Source: an uncultured bacterium | GTDB taxonomy: Bacteria; Myxococcota_A; Polyangia; Polyangiales; Polyangiaceae | Assembly: GCA_966249405.1 (NCBI GenBank) | Contig: CBINDO010000007.1 | Location: 5,686-69,685 of the forward strand | Direction of reading: 5' to 3' | DNA: 64,000 bases | Shown: piece by piece, positions 8,554 through 17,150 of the stretch | Numbering within the stretch: the stretch's first letter is position 1 | Layout: each line of letters begins with the position of its first letter | Made by a program: the position numbers and the translations under genes | Notes under the pieces: generated by a model | What the model saw: only the letters and a program-made list of their open reading frames with translations | Told to the model about the DNA's origin: nothing | Database searches by the model: none

Positions 8554-9735
8554 TTACTGAGCGATGCAGTTGTCTTGCATCACTTGCCAGATCGCCGTCG
8601 CACTCGCTTCGGAGCCGGCTGCGGTTGGGAATAGCCCGTCCGGCCCAATGTATTCGTCCATGAAATTGTCGAAGGTGAGACGCAGGTCGAGCCAGTGGCA
8701 ATCGAGCGGCGCGTTCTGGCAGACCGATTCGAGCCGCGGGCGCAGGAAGTCGACCCGTTCCGTCGCAACCGGATCGCGGCTCTCGGGGTAAAACGCGTAT
8801 ACGACGTCTTCGACGCCGTTGGCCGCCATCTCGGCGAGCAGACTCTCTGCAGCAGGAGCCACGTCGGTCAAGCTCGTGCAATCTTCGTACGGTGCCTCGC
8901 ACATCGTCAACAGCGCGTCTGCGCCACCGCCGTTCATGATCACCACTCGCACCGGGCCGTCATCGAGCGCGGTGAGATACTGCTGTCCGATGCCGCCGCC
9001 GAGCAACGCGTTGGCCACCGTGCGGGAGCCATCGCGGTAGCGTTCACCCTCTTCGAGCACACCCGCCGATCGAGCCAGCGCTTCGAGGTAAGCCGTGATT
9101 TGATGGCTCTGAGCGAAGAAACTGTCGCCGATGAGCAGCACGTCGTTGGGGCTCATCTCACTGTGTTCACATCCCGAAGGTTGCGTGACCGCGCCTTGGG
9201 TGGTTTCCTGCGCGGTCGTTGGGTCGCTCATCGAGCCCGCATCGCCGCCGGTATTGGGCTCCGTGGCGGCGTCGCCGGTCGCGCCGCTGCTCGACGCACT
9301 GGGCGTCGGGATCGGCGCGGGGCCCTCGGTGCGGCAGGCGCCGTCGGAGCAAACGTGAAACGGAGAAACGGCGGCACAATCGTCGTCGTCTCGACACACC
9401 GCGTCGCAGTGTGCGACGCTCTCCGAGCGGCCGCATTGGTTGGCGCCCTCGGACGAGATACACGTGGCGTTGGGGAAGGACGCGCACGCCTGGTCGTCTT
9501 CGCAGCTCACCGTGCACACGCCGCACACACAGCTGAGCCCGTCGCCGCAGTCGCTCTCGCTCGACGAGCACGACTTCAGGAAGTGGGTTTCGCCACCCGT
9601 CTCGATTTGGTTGCGGGCTTGGCAACCGAGGGTCATGGCGCCGAGACCCAGCATCGCGACGAGCGTGGACAGGTGGAGGCGGCTCACCGCCGTTTTGAAC
9701 TTAGCTTTCACGGTCGCTGTTTTCGTTGACCACAT
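8554..9735 (-). CDS. Exported protein: Cys-rich head + SGNH-like domain lacking the catalytic His
   Basis: Signal peptide: LHLSTLVAMLGLGAMTLGC. The Cys-rich head covers residues ~49-135 (THFLKSCSSSESDCGDGLSCVCGVCTVSCEDDQAC...). A Ser/Thr/Asp linker follows. The SGNH-like domain has LLIGDSFF and VIMNGGGAD. Block V reads DGLFPT, where the neighbouring canonical enzyme has DGIHPN. Confidence 0.75.
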   Translation of the reverse strand: MWSTKTATVKAKFKTAVSRLHLSTLVAMLGLGAMTLGCQARNQIETGGETHFLKSCSSSESDCGDGLSCVCGVCTVSCEDDQACASFPNATCISSEGANQCGRSESVAHCDAVCRDDDDCAAVSPFHVCSDGACRTEGPAPIPTPSASSSGATGDAATEPNTGGDAGSMSDPTTAQETTQGAVTQPSGCEHSEMSPNDVLLIGDSFFAQSHQITAYLEALARSAGVLEEGERYRDGSRTVANALLGGGIGQQYLTALDDGPVRVVIMNGGGADALLTMCEAPYEDCTSLTDVAPAAESLLAEMAANGVEDVVYAFYPESRDPVATERVDFLRPRLESVCQNAPLDCHWLDLRLTFDNFMDEYIGPDGLFPTAAGSEASATAIWQVMQDNCIAQ

Positions 9736-10744
9736 GTTGCCCGACGTAAATCACGACGCGATCCATGGGTGGGGGGTTGGCTTCGGTTTGGTTGACCTCG
9801 GTAACTCGGTGGCGCAAGTCACTGAGCATGGTGCGCAGGCGCTGGAGCGTGCCGAGGACCTCCTCTTCTAGCGGATGTCCCTTCCAGAGATCGATGGTAT
9901 AAGTGCTGCCGCCAATTTGGTCTTGTGGCAAAGGTGCCGCTTGGCTGGTACGCAACCGGCCGAGCACGGTGTTGACCACGGCCTTGAAGTGGTCGAAGAC
10001 GGCAGCCTCCCAGCCCAACGTGGCTCCCAGCGGGATGACGAGCGCCGGGGCATGGTACCGCGTCTGCCCATCTTCTTCGATCTGGCGGATCCGGCCACTC
10101 GACGACAACCGCGAAATCGCGGCCTCCACCGACACTGGCTCGGTTTGCGCGCGTTCGGCGATCTGCTCCACGCTGAGCGGGCCCTCGCGATACATCAAGG
10201 CGACATGGAACTCGTCTTCACCTTCGTCGCCGCGTTTGCGCTTGAGCGCCGCGAGCTCCTCGGCCGTGGCGGCGCGGTAAGTCGTTTGCGCGCCCTTGCC
10301 GAGAGTGAACACGAGCTGGCTCTCGCGCAGGTCTCTCAACACCGCCCGCACCAACGCTTCGTCGTCGTTGGGGAACCGTTCCAGCAGCTCCAGGCGCGAA
10401 ACCAGGCCTTCGCTGCGCAAGAACTGGAGCACGTCTTGTCGAAGGGTGCGACTCCGATCGGTCGACGTCTCCGCGACGCGCAAGATCTTCCGGCGGTAGG
10501 TGCGTAAACCCAGGCCGAACATGTCTGCGCTCACTTTGCGGCTGACGCCGAGGCGCTCGAGCTCTCTAACCAGGTCGATGAACACCAAATTGGCGATTTG
10601 GGCAAGCGGCGCACGCACGCCGCCCGTGGTCGCCAGTTGCGCCACGAGGATGGCGGTCTGGCGCACCAGGGCCTGGATCAAAAGCTCGACCGTCATACTG
10701 GGTAAGGCTGGTTGGAGAAGCGGCGCGAGACGCGCGGCCTTCAT
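9701..10744 (-). CDS. Putative DNA-binding regulator (Fis-like HTH plus two winged-helix-like segments), unnamed family; paralogue A
   Basis: VSADMFGLGLRTYRRKILR resembles a Fis-type HTH. Two wHTH-like stretches: RQDVLQFLRSEGLVSRLELLERF...LRDLRESQLVF and PLSVEQIAERAQTEPVSVEAAISRLSSSGRIRQIEEDG. It aligns over its full length with the 13240-14211 product. An alternative ATG lies at 10696. Confidence 0.7.
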   Translation of the reverse strand: MKAARLAPLLQPALPSMTVELLIQALVRQTAILVAQLATTGGVRAPLAQIANLVFIDLVRELERLGVSRKVSADMFGLGLRTYRRKILRVAETSTDRSRTLRQDVLQFLRSEGLVSRLELLERFPNDDEALVRAVLRDLRESQLVFTLGKGAQTTYRAATAEELAALKRKRGDEGEDEFHVALMYREGPLSVEQIAERAQTEPVSVEAAISRLSSSGRIRQIEEDGQTRYHAPALVIPLGATLGWEAAVFDHFKAVVNTVLGRLRTSQAAPLPQDQIGGSTYTIDLWKGHPLEEEVLGTLQRLRTMLSDLRHRVTEVNQTEANPPPMDRVVIYVGQHVVNENSDRES

Positions 10745-10860
10745 TCACACACTACAGACCCTAAGCCATGCCGCAAAGGGGGACAAATTTGCCCCTTCCC
10801 AAAGCGGGCCGGCTCGCACGAACCCCTTCGACTCGCGTCGCCGAAGTGGGTGGTCCTCGT

Positions 10861-11580
10861 TCAGTTTCCGCCGTCCGCCGCCGCATCCAATGACGACTGC
10901 GGCCCAGTCTGGGACGCGTCGGACACCACTTGGTGGTCGGCGTCGGGTTCGGAATGTGAACCAGCGTCGCTGCCAACATGGTGAGACGCGTCGGGCACCT
11001 CGTGGTGACTAGCGTCCGAGGTCTCGTGCCCGTGGGCGCCGCCTGCGTCCGCCGCTCCGATGTGACAAAGGTCTGCGCACGCCGCGTAGATCACCGAACA
11101 GCCTGCGAGGTCACCCGCGTGGCCGACCTCGTGACAGGCGTGGCCAAGGCCGCTTCCCTGGTCGTACTCGTGGCACAGTTCGCCCATCTCGTCGCATTGC
11201 TCTCGATTCGGCGCCCCGGCTTCTGGGGACGGCAACTGCCCCGAGTTGCAGTAGGTGAGACAAGTGTTGCTCAGCATCGAGCACTCCGGGTCGCTCGCCG
11301 ATTCCGCGAGCTCCACGCACAACTCGGCGACACCGTCGGGGTCGTCCACGCCTCGGCACGCCGCGGACAAGATCGAGCACGCGCTCACGCTTGCATCCTC
11401 TTCGGGCACCGTGCCGTCCGTCGTACCACTCGACTGAGTCGCCGCGCTGGACGTATCTCCGGGCCCAGCCTCGGCGCTCGGAATCACGACTGCCCCCTCA
11501 TCGTCGCTGCACGCCGTGGTCGTCAAAGCGAGCAAGACAAAGGTGAACGAGCGGAAGGGCGTGGATGAAACGAAGGGCAT
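10861..11580 (-). CDS. Exported His/Cys-rich lipoprotein (possible metal-binding protein)
   Basis: I chose the internal ATG at 11580. Signal peptide with lipobox: FTFVLLALTTTAC. There are 14 Cys, including CHEYDQGSGLGHACHEVGHAGDLAGC. The C-terminal tail is His-rich: GGAHGHETSDASHHEVPDASHHVGSDAGSHSEPDADHQ. Confidence 0.65.
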   Translation of the reverse strand: MPFVSSTPFRSFTFVLLALTTTACSDDEGAVVIPSAEAGPGDTSSAATQSSGTTDGTVPEEDASVSACSILSAACRGVDDPDGVAELCVELAESASDPECSMLSNTCLTYCNSGQLPSPEAGAPNREQCDEMGELCHEYDQGSGLGHACHEVGHAGDLAGCSVIYAACADLCHIGAADAGGAHGHETSDASHHEVPDASHHVGSDAGSHSEPDADHQVVSDASQTGPQSSLDAAADGGN

Positions 11581-11835
11581 CAGTGTGTTCCTCGAGCGGT
11601 CCTGATGGGCGGGAGCCGGGAGTCGACGTGCAGGCGCTGGGCCCAACCCAAAGCAGGATCGTAACCGTTGCATGGGGATGTGACAGCGCTCGGCTCGCGT
11701 CAACGAGGGAGCTCGACACTGGTGCGGTATTTTTCGCGCCCAAGGCACGTCGTGCTTGGGCGCCTGTAACTGGCGTCGCCACGAGCGCCGTGGCAAGCGG
11801 GTACATTCCCAGGCGCTCGTGAATCCGTCGGACCT

Positions 11836-13233
11836 TCAGTCGCACTCGCCTTCGCTCGCGTACCGCACGCCGGGACAACTGCCGCTACCGTACACCGTTA
11901 CGCCTTCGCAGGTGCAGTAAGCGACTTCGTCTTCGGTGCACCCTCGTTCACTGGCGGCACATACTCCTTGTCCCGCTTCGCAACCGAGGCCTTCGCAGAT
12001 CCCCGAGACGCAGTCTTCGTGGGTGGTGCATGCTTCGCCATCGGGAGCCTTGCACTCGAGAGCGTCGTCGTAACGGCCGCCTGGACACGTGCTGCTCCCG
12101 AAGAACCACACTCCGTCACAGCCACAATAGGGCTGCAAATCGTCGGTGCAGATGCGATCTCGACTCGCGCAGCGCCCGGGAACGTCGCAGCCTTCGCCTT
12201 CACAGATCCCCGACGCGCAGTCGTCGTGAGCCTCGCAAGGATCGCCGTCCATGGCCTTGTACGGGCAGTCCGTCTCTTCTCGATGACGTTCGCCCGGGCA
12301 GCTAGAGCTGGCCCAGAACATGTTCCCGTCGCAGTCGCAGAAGTTGCGAAGGTCGTCGGTGCAAGTGCGTTCTTCTGCAGCGCATACTCCTTCGAAATCC
12401 CCGCAGCCTACGCCTTCGCAAATCCCAGACTCGCAATCGTCGTGGACGTTGCAGCGTGCGCCCGCGGGTTGCGTCCCGCTGCCACACGGACCTTCGTACG
12501 CATAACGTGCTCCTGCGCAACCCGGTCCACCGGAAGAGCCTTGGAACGTGACGCCGTCGCACCCGCAGTATTGCACGAGGTCGGCGTTGCACGTCGCTTC
12601 GGTGGGCACGCACACTGCGTCCGCGTCGGAACACGTGGCGCTGCGACACGCACCGGACTCGCACTGGCCATCGGACTCGCACGCCTGGCCGAGCGAGAGG
12701 GGGGACGCGGGCGAGCTTGCATCCAGAGGTGTCTGGCCGGCGTCGTGCAATGGAGTGGAGGTGGGCTCTGGCACCGGCTCGGTGCTTTCTGGGTGTCGGC
12801 ACACGCCTTCGATGCATTCGTCGAGCGCGCCACATTTCTCGTCTTCCGATTCCTCCGAGCATTTCTTGGTGCAAACGTCGGCAGCGCTGCCGCCACCGCA
12901 GCTCTCGCTGATGCGCGAGCATACCGACTCGGCGCCTAAGTCACTGCAAGCCGCGTTTCTTTCGCAAGGTTTGGTGCACACGCCGCAGACACATTCCAAA
13001 TCACCGCAAGTCGCGTCGGAGTCGCACGCTTGGAGCCAATGCGTCTGACTGCTCGCCGGGTGATCCCCCGCGTCGACGCGGGCGCCACAACCGGTAACTA
13101 CCAACCAGCCCAGAGCCAAGCATGTCGAGGTCGTGCGACGTGCAAGTCGCGTTGCCCATGAAATCGTGTGTCGAAGTTCGAGAGGTTGCATCGTTGTTGC
13201 TTTCATTTTTGGTTGCTCGCCAGGTGAGGCCAC
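11836..13233 (-). CDS. Exported lipoprotein: Cys-rich head + four tandem 10-Cys repeats (Dickkopf-/Kazal-like)
   Basis: Lipobox: GWLVVTGC. The head (residues ~63-146) is homologous to that of the 8554-9735 product. Four ~67-aa repeats follow, with the pattern G-x-x-C-x-x-H-x-DC-x-SGICEG-x-GC-x(4-5)-G-x-C-x(6)-C-T-x-D-x(4)-C-x-C-D/E-G-x(9-10)-CPG-x-R-x(7-8)-C. Confidence 0.8.
   Translation of the reverse strand: MASPGEQPKMKATTMQPLELRHTISWATRLARRTTSTCLALGWLVVTGCGARVDAGDHPASSQTHWLQACDSDATCGDLECVCGVCTKPCERNAACSDLGAESVCSRISESCGGGSAADVCTKKCSEESEDEKCGALDECIEGVCRHPESTEPVPEPTSTPLHDAGQTPLDASSPASPLSLGQACESDGQCESGACRSATCSDADAVCVPTEATCNADLVQYCGCDGVTFQGSSGGPGCAGARYAYEGPCGSGTQPAGARCNVHDDCESGICEGVGCGDFEGVCAAEERTCTDDLRNFCDCDGNMFWASSSCPGERHREETDCPYKAMDGDPCEAHDDCASGICEGEGCDVPGRCASRDRICTDDLQPYCGCDGVWFFGSSTCPGGRYDDALECKAPDGEACTTHEDCVSGICEGLGCEAGQGVCAASERGCTEDEVAYCTCEGVTVYGSGSCPGVRYASEGECD
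11839..12690 (-). repeat. Four tandem protein-level Cys-rich repeats inside the CDS
   Basis: Repeat units span residues 182-250, 258-324, 330-395 and 399-464 of the 465-aa product. Each has 10 conserved Cys and the core (Y/F)C(G/D/T)C(D/E)G. Confidence 0.8.
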
Positions 13234-13239
13234 CGATCG

Positions 13240-14211
13240 TCACGAGGAAGAGGATTGTCCGCAGTAGAAGGTGACGCGTTGAAACGTCTCCGGGGTTGCG
13301 TGTTTTTGGTTGTGTTGGATGGTGCGGTCCCACAACGCGGTCAGCCGCGCCCGGGTCTCTCGCAGCAGCGCCCGAACTTCACGTTCTTCGGGGTGTCCTG
13401 GCCAGATGTCGAAGGTGAACGTGCTGCCCCCGACTTCGTCGTCTGGTAGTGCCCGCGTCTCGCCGTTCTGCAGCTTGATGCACATCGAGCGCACCATCGC
13501 TTGGAAGTGATCGAGCAATGCCGCTTCCCAACCCGCGCGCGCCCCGAGACCGATCACGCACTCGCCGCTCTGCAACTTCGCCGGGTCGTCGTCGACCGGC
13601 GCTACGCGGCCTTCTCGGCGAAGCTGCTCGACCGCCTGTGTCAGCAGGCCATCGGGAAGCGGTAACTTCTGACCCAACTGTTCGAACGTCAGAGGACCCT
13701 CGTGGTGGACGAGGACCCATGCCATGGCGGCGAGGCTCGAGAGATCGGAGTCTTCGGTCGGCGCGAAGTCTTCGGCCGGAGTGATTCGATATACGGTCGC
13801 GTCGCCTCGTCCCGTGCTGTAGACCAAGCCAGAGTCCCGGAGGTCGCGCAGGATTGCCTTGACGCTCGATTCGTCGTCGCGACAAAAGCGCTGCAACACC
13901 TCGGCGCGGCGCACCGCCTTCTTGTCCGAAAGGTATTCGTAAATCGCCGTCCACAAGGTCTGGCCTTGGTCCGTCGCACTTTCGGAAAGGCGTTGCAGCT
14001 TCTGTTGATAGGAACGAAGCGCCATCCCGAACATGTCGGCGATCACCTTCTGTCCGAGTCCTTGCTGTTCGAGTTGTCCGGTCAAATCGGTGAAAACCTG
14101 GTTCGCCACGTGCGCGAGCGGCGCGCGGAGACCAGCCGATGTGGCGACGTGAGCGATGAGGACGGTCGTCTGGCGGACGAGGCCGTCAATCAATGCCTTG
14201 GTGTTGAGCAT
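13240..14211 (-). CDS. Putative DNA-binding regulator, unnamed family; paralogue B
   Basis: It aligns end to end with 9701-10744. Matching segments (B / A): LIDGLVRQTTVLIAHVATSAGLRAPLAHVANQVF / LIQALVRQTAILVAQLATTGGVRAPLAQIANLVF; ADMFGMALRSYQQKL / ADMFGLGLRTYRRKI; GGSTFTFDIWPGHP / GGSTYTIDLWKGHP. Confidence 0.75.
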   Translation of the reverse strand: MLNTKALIDGLVRQTTVLIAHVATSAGLRAPLAHVANQVFTDLTGQLEQQGLGQKVIADMFGMALRSYQQKLQRLSESATDQGQTLWTAIYEYLSDKKAVRRAEVLQRFCRDDESSVKAILRDLRDSGLVYSTGRGDATVYRITPAEDFAPTEDSDLSSLAAMAWVLVHHEGPLTFEQLGQKLPLPDGLLTQAVEQLRREGRVAPVDDDPAKLQSGECVIGLGARAGWEAALLDHFQAMVRSMCIKLQNGETRALPDDEVGGSTFTFDIWPGHPEEREVRALLRETRARLTALWDRTIQHNQKHATPETFQRVTFYCGQSSSS

Positions 14212-14330
14212 GAAACCAGTATGACCCGCTGCCGCTTCCGTCGAACAGCGTGAGAAATCACGTCAGCAACGAGAAGGTTGCAAGGCGGTTGCCGGGTTGC
14301 GTCGGTGTTCCACGTTTCGCCCCGGAGCGT

Positions 14331-14348
14331 TGACAAGCATACTTGTCA
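14331..14348. promoter_or_regulatory. Perfect inverted repeat (candidate operator overlapping a TTGACA -35-like hexamer) upstream of the mod regulator
   Basis: TGACAAG-CATA-CTTGTCA at 14331-14348, 21 bp upstream of ATG 14369. The preceding T makes TTGACA (14330-14335). Confidence 0.35.
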
Positions 14349-14368
14349 GGGCGCAAGCTAGACTTTGC

Positions 14369-15478
14369 ATGGCCGAAGCCTTCAACCGGGTGAAAGCAAG
14401 TCGCGAGCGCCGCGGCCTGACGCAGGTCGAATTGGCCGAGCGCACCGGATTGACGCGCCAAAGTATCGGCGCGATCGAGGCCGGCCGCGCGACGCCGGCG
14501 GTTGACGTCGCGTTGCGCATCGCGAGCGTCCTCGACTGTTTGGTCGAGGAGCTTTTCGGGCCTGCGGCAGAAAGCGAGCCGATCGGCGCCCAGAGTTACC
14601 GCTCTCCGATCTCGGGGCGCGCCGTGTTGGCGCGGATAGCCGGCCGCTGGATGTGTTATTCGCTGCAGCGATTCGACGTTTCGACTGCTGCCGACGGGAT
14701 CGTCTCTGCGGACGGTGCGAGGCGTGGCGAGGTCCTGGTCCAGCCGTTGCGCGCAGTTTCCGAACTCGAAGGAAACGTAGTCCTGATGGGCTGCGCCTTG
14801 GGGATCGGTTTACTCGCGAGTCGCTTGAATTCGCGCGCTGGCGCTGGGCGATTTCTGTGGTTGTCTACGTCGAGCGCAGCCGCCCTCGAGGCGCTCGCCG
14901 ACCAGCAGACGCACATTGCCGGAATTCATTTGGCGGACCCGCGGACGGGCGAGTCGAACGTGCCGGAGGTGCGTCGCGCATTCCCGAAGGAGCCGTTCAC
15001 CTTGGTCACCCTGGGGCGCTGGGAAGTCGGTCTGTTGGTGAGACGTGGGAGCAACCAGCCGGTCCGGAGCCTCGCCGATCTCGCAAAACCGAGCGTTCGT
15101 TTCGTAGGTCGCGAACCAGGAGCAGGGGCGCAACGCATGTTGGAGCGTAAGGTGCGGGGACAGGGTTTGCCGGTGAGTTTGGTGCGCAAGCCCGACGTGC
15201 AAGTGACGACGCCCATGGACGTGGGCCGAGCCGTGGCCTTGGGCGCGGCCGACGTCGGCCCGGGCACCCGCGACGTCGCGCTGACGCTGGGCATCGACTT
15301 CATTCCGATGGCGGAGGAGCGGGTCGATTTGGTGTTGCCCCAGGTGGTGCTCACGGACGCTCGTGTGCAGCGGTTGCTGGACGTGCTCTGCTCCGGGGAA
15401 TTTCGTCGGGAATTGACGGAGCTCGGCTACGATATGCGGGCTGCGGGTGAGCGTGTTGCGGAGGTCGACGTGTCATGA
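14369..15478 (+). CDS. XRE-family HTH regulator fused to a periplasmic-binding-protein-like (molybdate-binding-type) domain
   Basis: N-terminal HTH: RRGLTQVELAERTGLTRQSIGAIEAGRATPAVDVALRIASVL. A ~270-aa PBP-like domain follows. It is the first gene of the modABC cluster, and its stop overlaps the modA ATG (ATGA). Confidence 0.8.
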   Translation: MAEAFNRVKASRERRGLTQVELAERTGLTRQSIGAIEAGRATPAVDVALRIASVLDCLVEELFGPAAESEPIGAQSYRSPISGRAVLARIAGRWMCYSLQRFDVSTAADGIVSADGARRGEVLVQPLRAVSELEGNVVLMGCALGIGLLASRLNSRAGAGRFLWLSTSSAAALEALADQQTHIAGIHLADPRTGESNVPEVRRAFPKEPFTLVTLGRWEVGLLVRRGSNQPVRSLADLAKPSVRFVGREPGAGAQRMLERKVRGQGLPVSLVRKPDVQVTTPMDVGRAVALGAADVGPGTRDVALTLGIDFIPMAEERVDLVLPQVVLTDARVQRLLDVLCSGEFRRELTELGYDMRAAGERVAEVDVS

Positions 15479-16308
15479 ACGAATACTCGAAGCGGATCGG
15501 TTTCTCGCGTCTTCGGCGTTTGGTAGCGGGCGGCTTGGTGTTGGTTGCGATGGGGTGCGGGCGCGAGCCTCGGAGCGAAGCGAGCCAGACGGTGGTGACG
15601 GTGTTCGCGGCGACCTCGTTGCGAGACGCCTTCGGGGCGATGGCACAAGAGCATCAACGTCGTCACCCCGACGTGCGCGTTGTACTGAACTTTGGCGGCA
15701 CCCAGGAGCTCAGAGCACAGCTGGAACAAGGCGCCGACGCCGACGTCTTCGCCGCGGCCGACACCAAACACGTCCTCGAGCTCGAACGCCGCGGGCTGCT
15801 CGGGCCCGGGGTACCGTTTGCCGAGAACGAACCGGTGCTGGTCGTGGCAAAACATGCGAGCAGCAAGATTGTCCGCTTCTCGAGTTTGCCCGATGCCGAG
15901 CGCGTCGTGTTGGGGGCGCCGGAGGTGCCGATCGGACGCTATGCGGCGCAGATTTTGGAGAACGCGAACAAGTCGTTGCAGCCCGATTTTGCATCGCGCG
16001 TCGAGGCGCGAGTAGTGTCGCGAGAACTCAACGTGCGACAGGTGCTCGCGAAGGTGGCGTTGGGTGAGGCAGACGCCGGTATCGTCTATAGAACCGACGT
16101 CGTGGGTGACCTCGGAGGCGCGGTCGCGGTGTTGTCGATACCGAGTGAGGTGAACGTGGTTGCTCGGTATCCCATCGCTGCGGTCACCAGGAGCGCTCAT
16201 GCTGCTGAGGCGCGCGCCTTCATCGGCACCGTGATTTCGGAGGCTGGGCGCGCCATCACCACCAAAGCTGGTTTCAGAGCGCCGTCAGGTGCCAACAGTT
16301 CGTTATGA
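15475..16308 (+). CDS. modA: Molybdate ABC transporter substrate-binding protein
   Basis: Signal peptide: LVAGGLVLVAMGC. ModA-type motifs: VTVFAATSLRDAF, LNFGGTQELRAQLEQGADADVFAAAD, GAPEVPIGRYA, GEADAGIVYRTD. Confidence 0.88.
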   Translation: MNEYSKRIGFSRLRRLVAGGLVLVAMGCGREPRSEASQTVVTVFAATSLRDAFGAMAQEHQRRHPDVRVVLNFGGTQELRAQLEQGADADVFAAADTKHVLELERRGLLGPGVPFAENEPVLVVAKHASSKIVRFSSLPDAERVVLGAPEVPIGRYAAQILENANKSLQPDFASRVEARVVSRELNVRQVLAKVALGEADAGIVYRTDVVGDLGGAVAVLSIPSEVNVVARYPIAAVTRSAHAAEARAFIGTVISEAGRAITTKAGFRAPSGANSSL

Positions 16309-17150
16309 GTGGGCGAAGGTTCATCGCCGAGCGGCTGCTCCTATTCGTGCTGGCCGCGGGCCTGGTGGTGGTGCTCCTCGGACCATTGTTGGCGCTGGTC
16401 CTGAAAACGTCTCCGTTCGTGTTCGTCTCGGGATTGTCGCACCCGTTGGTGTGGGCTGCGTTGAAGCTGAGCGCCTTTACCACCGCGGTGAGCCTCGGCC
16501 TCGTCGTTCTTTTCGGCACACCTTTGGCGTGGGTGTTGTCTCAGAGCAAGGCGTCGTGGACGGGATGGCTCGAGACGGTGCTGTTGTTACCCATGGTCAT
16601 CCCGCCTGCGGTGTCGGGGATAACGTTGCTGTTGGCTTTTGGCCGCAATGGTCTGTTCACGGCTGGATTGGGACTGGAGGTGAGCGTCGCGTTTTCGACG
16701 GCCGCGGTGGTCCTGGCGCAAATCTTCGTGTCCGCCCCCTATTACGTCCAGGCCGCCCTGAGCGTGTTTCGCCGACTGGACGAGAACGTGTTGCTCGTCG
16801 CGCGGACGTTGGGCACGTACCCTTGGCACCTCTTCACGCGTATCGCCGTGCCGTTGGCGGCGGGTGGGCTGATCCCGGCCGCGGCGGTGACTTGGGCGCG
16901 AGCGTTGGGTGAGTTCGGCGCCACCTTGATGTTCGCCGGCAACCTCGAAGGTGTCACACAAACGTTGCCGTTGGCGATCTACGTCGCATCGGAGTCCGAC
17001 ATGCGCGCCGCCCAAGCATTGTCGCTGGTCTTGGTCGGCGCGGCGTTCTTGGTATTGTTCGTGATTCGGCGTGAGACGTCCTCCGCCGGCGTTCAGCGGA
17101 CACCGGAGCGTGAATCGGCGCAGCGCGAGGGTGAACGTGGCCGAATTTAG
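16305..17150 (+). CDS. modB: Molybdate ABC transporter permease
   Basis: Multi-TM protein with the EAA-loop region ARTLGTYPWHLFTRIAVPLA and the ModB/CysTW-type segment ALGEFGATLMFAGN. ATGA overlap with the modA stop. Confidence 0.88.
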   Translation: MSGRRFIAERLLLFVLAAGLVVVLLGPLLALVLKTSPFVFVSGLSHPLVWAALKLSAFTTAVSLGLVVLFGTPLAWVLSQSKASWTGWLETVLLLPMVIPPAVSGITLLLAFGRNGLFTAGLGLEVSVAFSTAAVVLAQIFVSAPYYVQAALSVFRRLDENVLLVARTLGTYPWHLFTRIAVPLAAGGLIPAAAVTWARALGEFGATLMFAGNLEGVTQTLPLAIYVASESDMRAAQALSLVLVGAAFLVLFVIRRETSSAGVQRTPERESAQREGERGRI

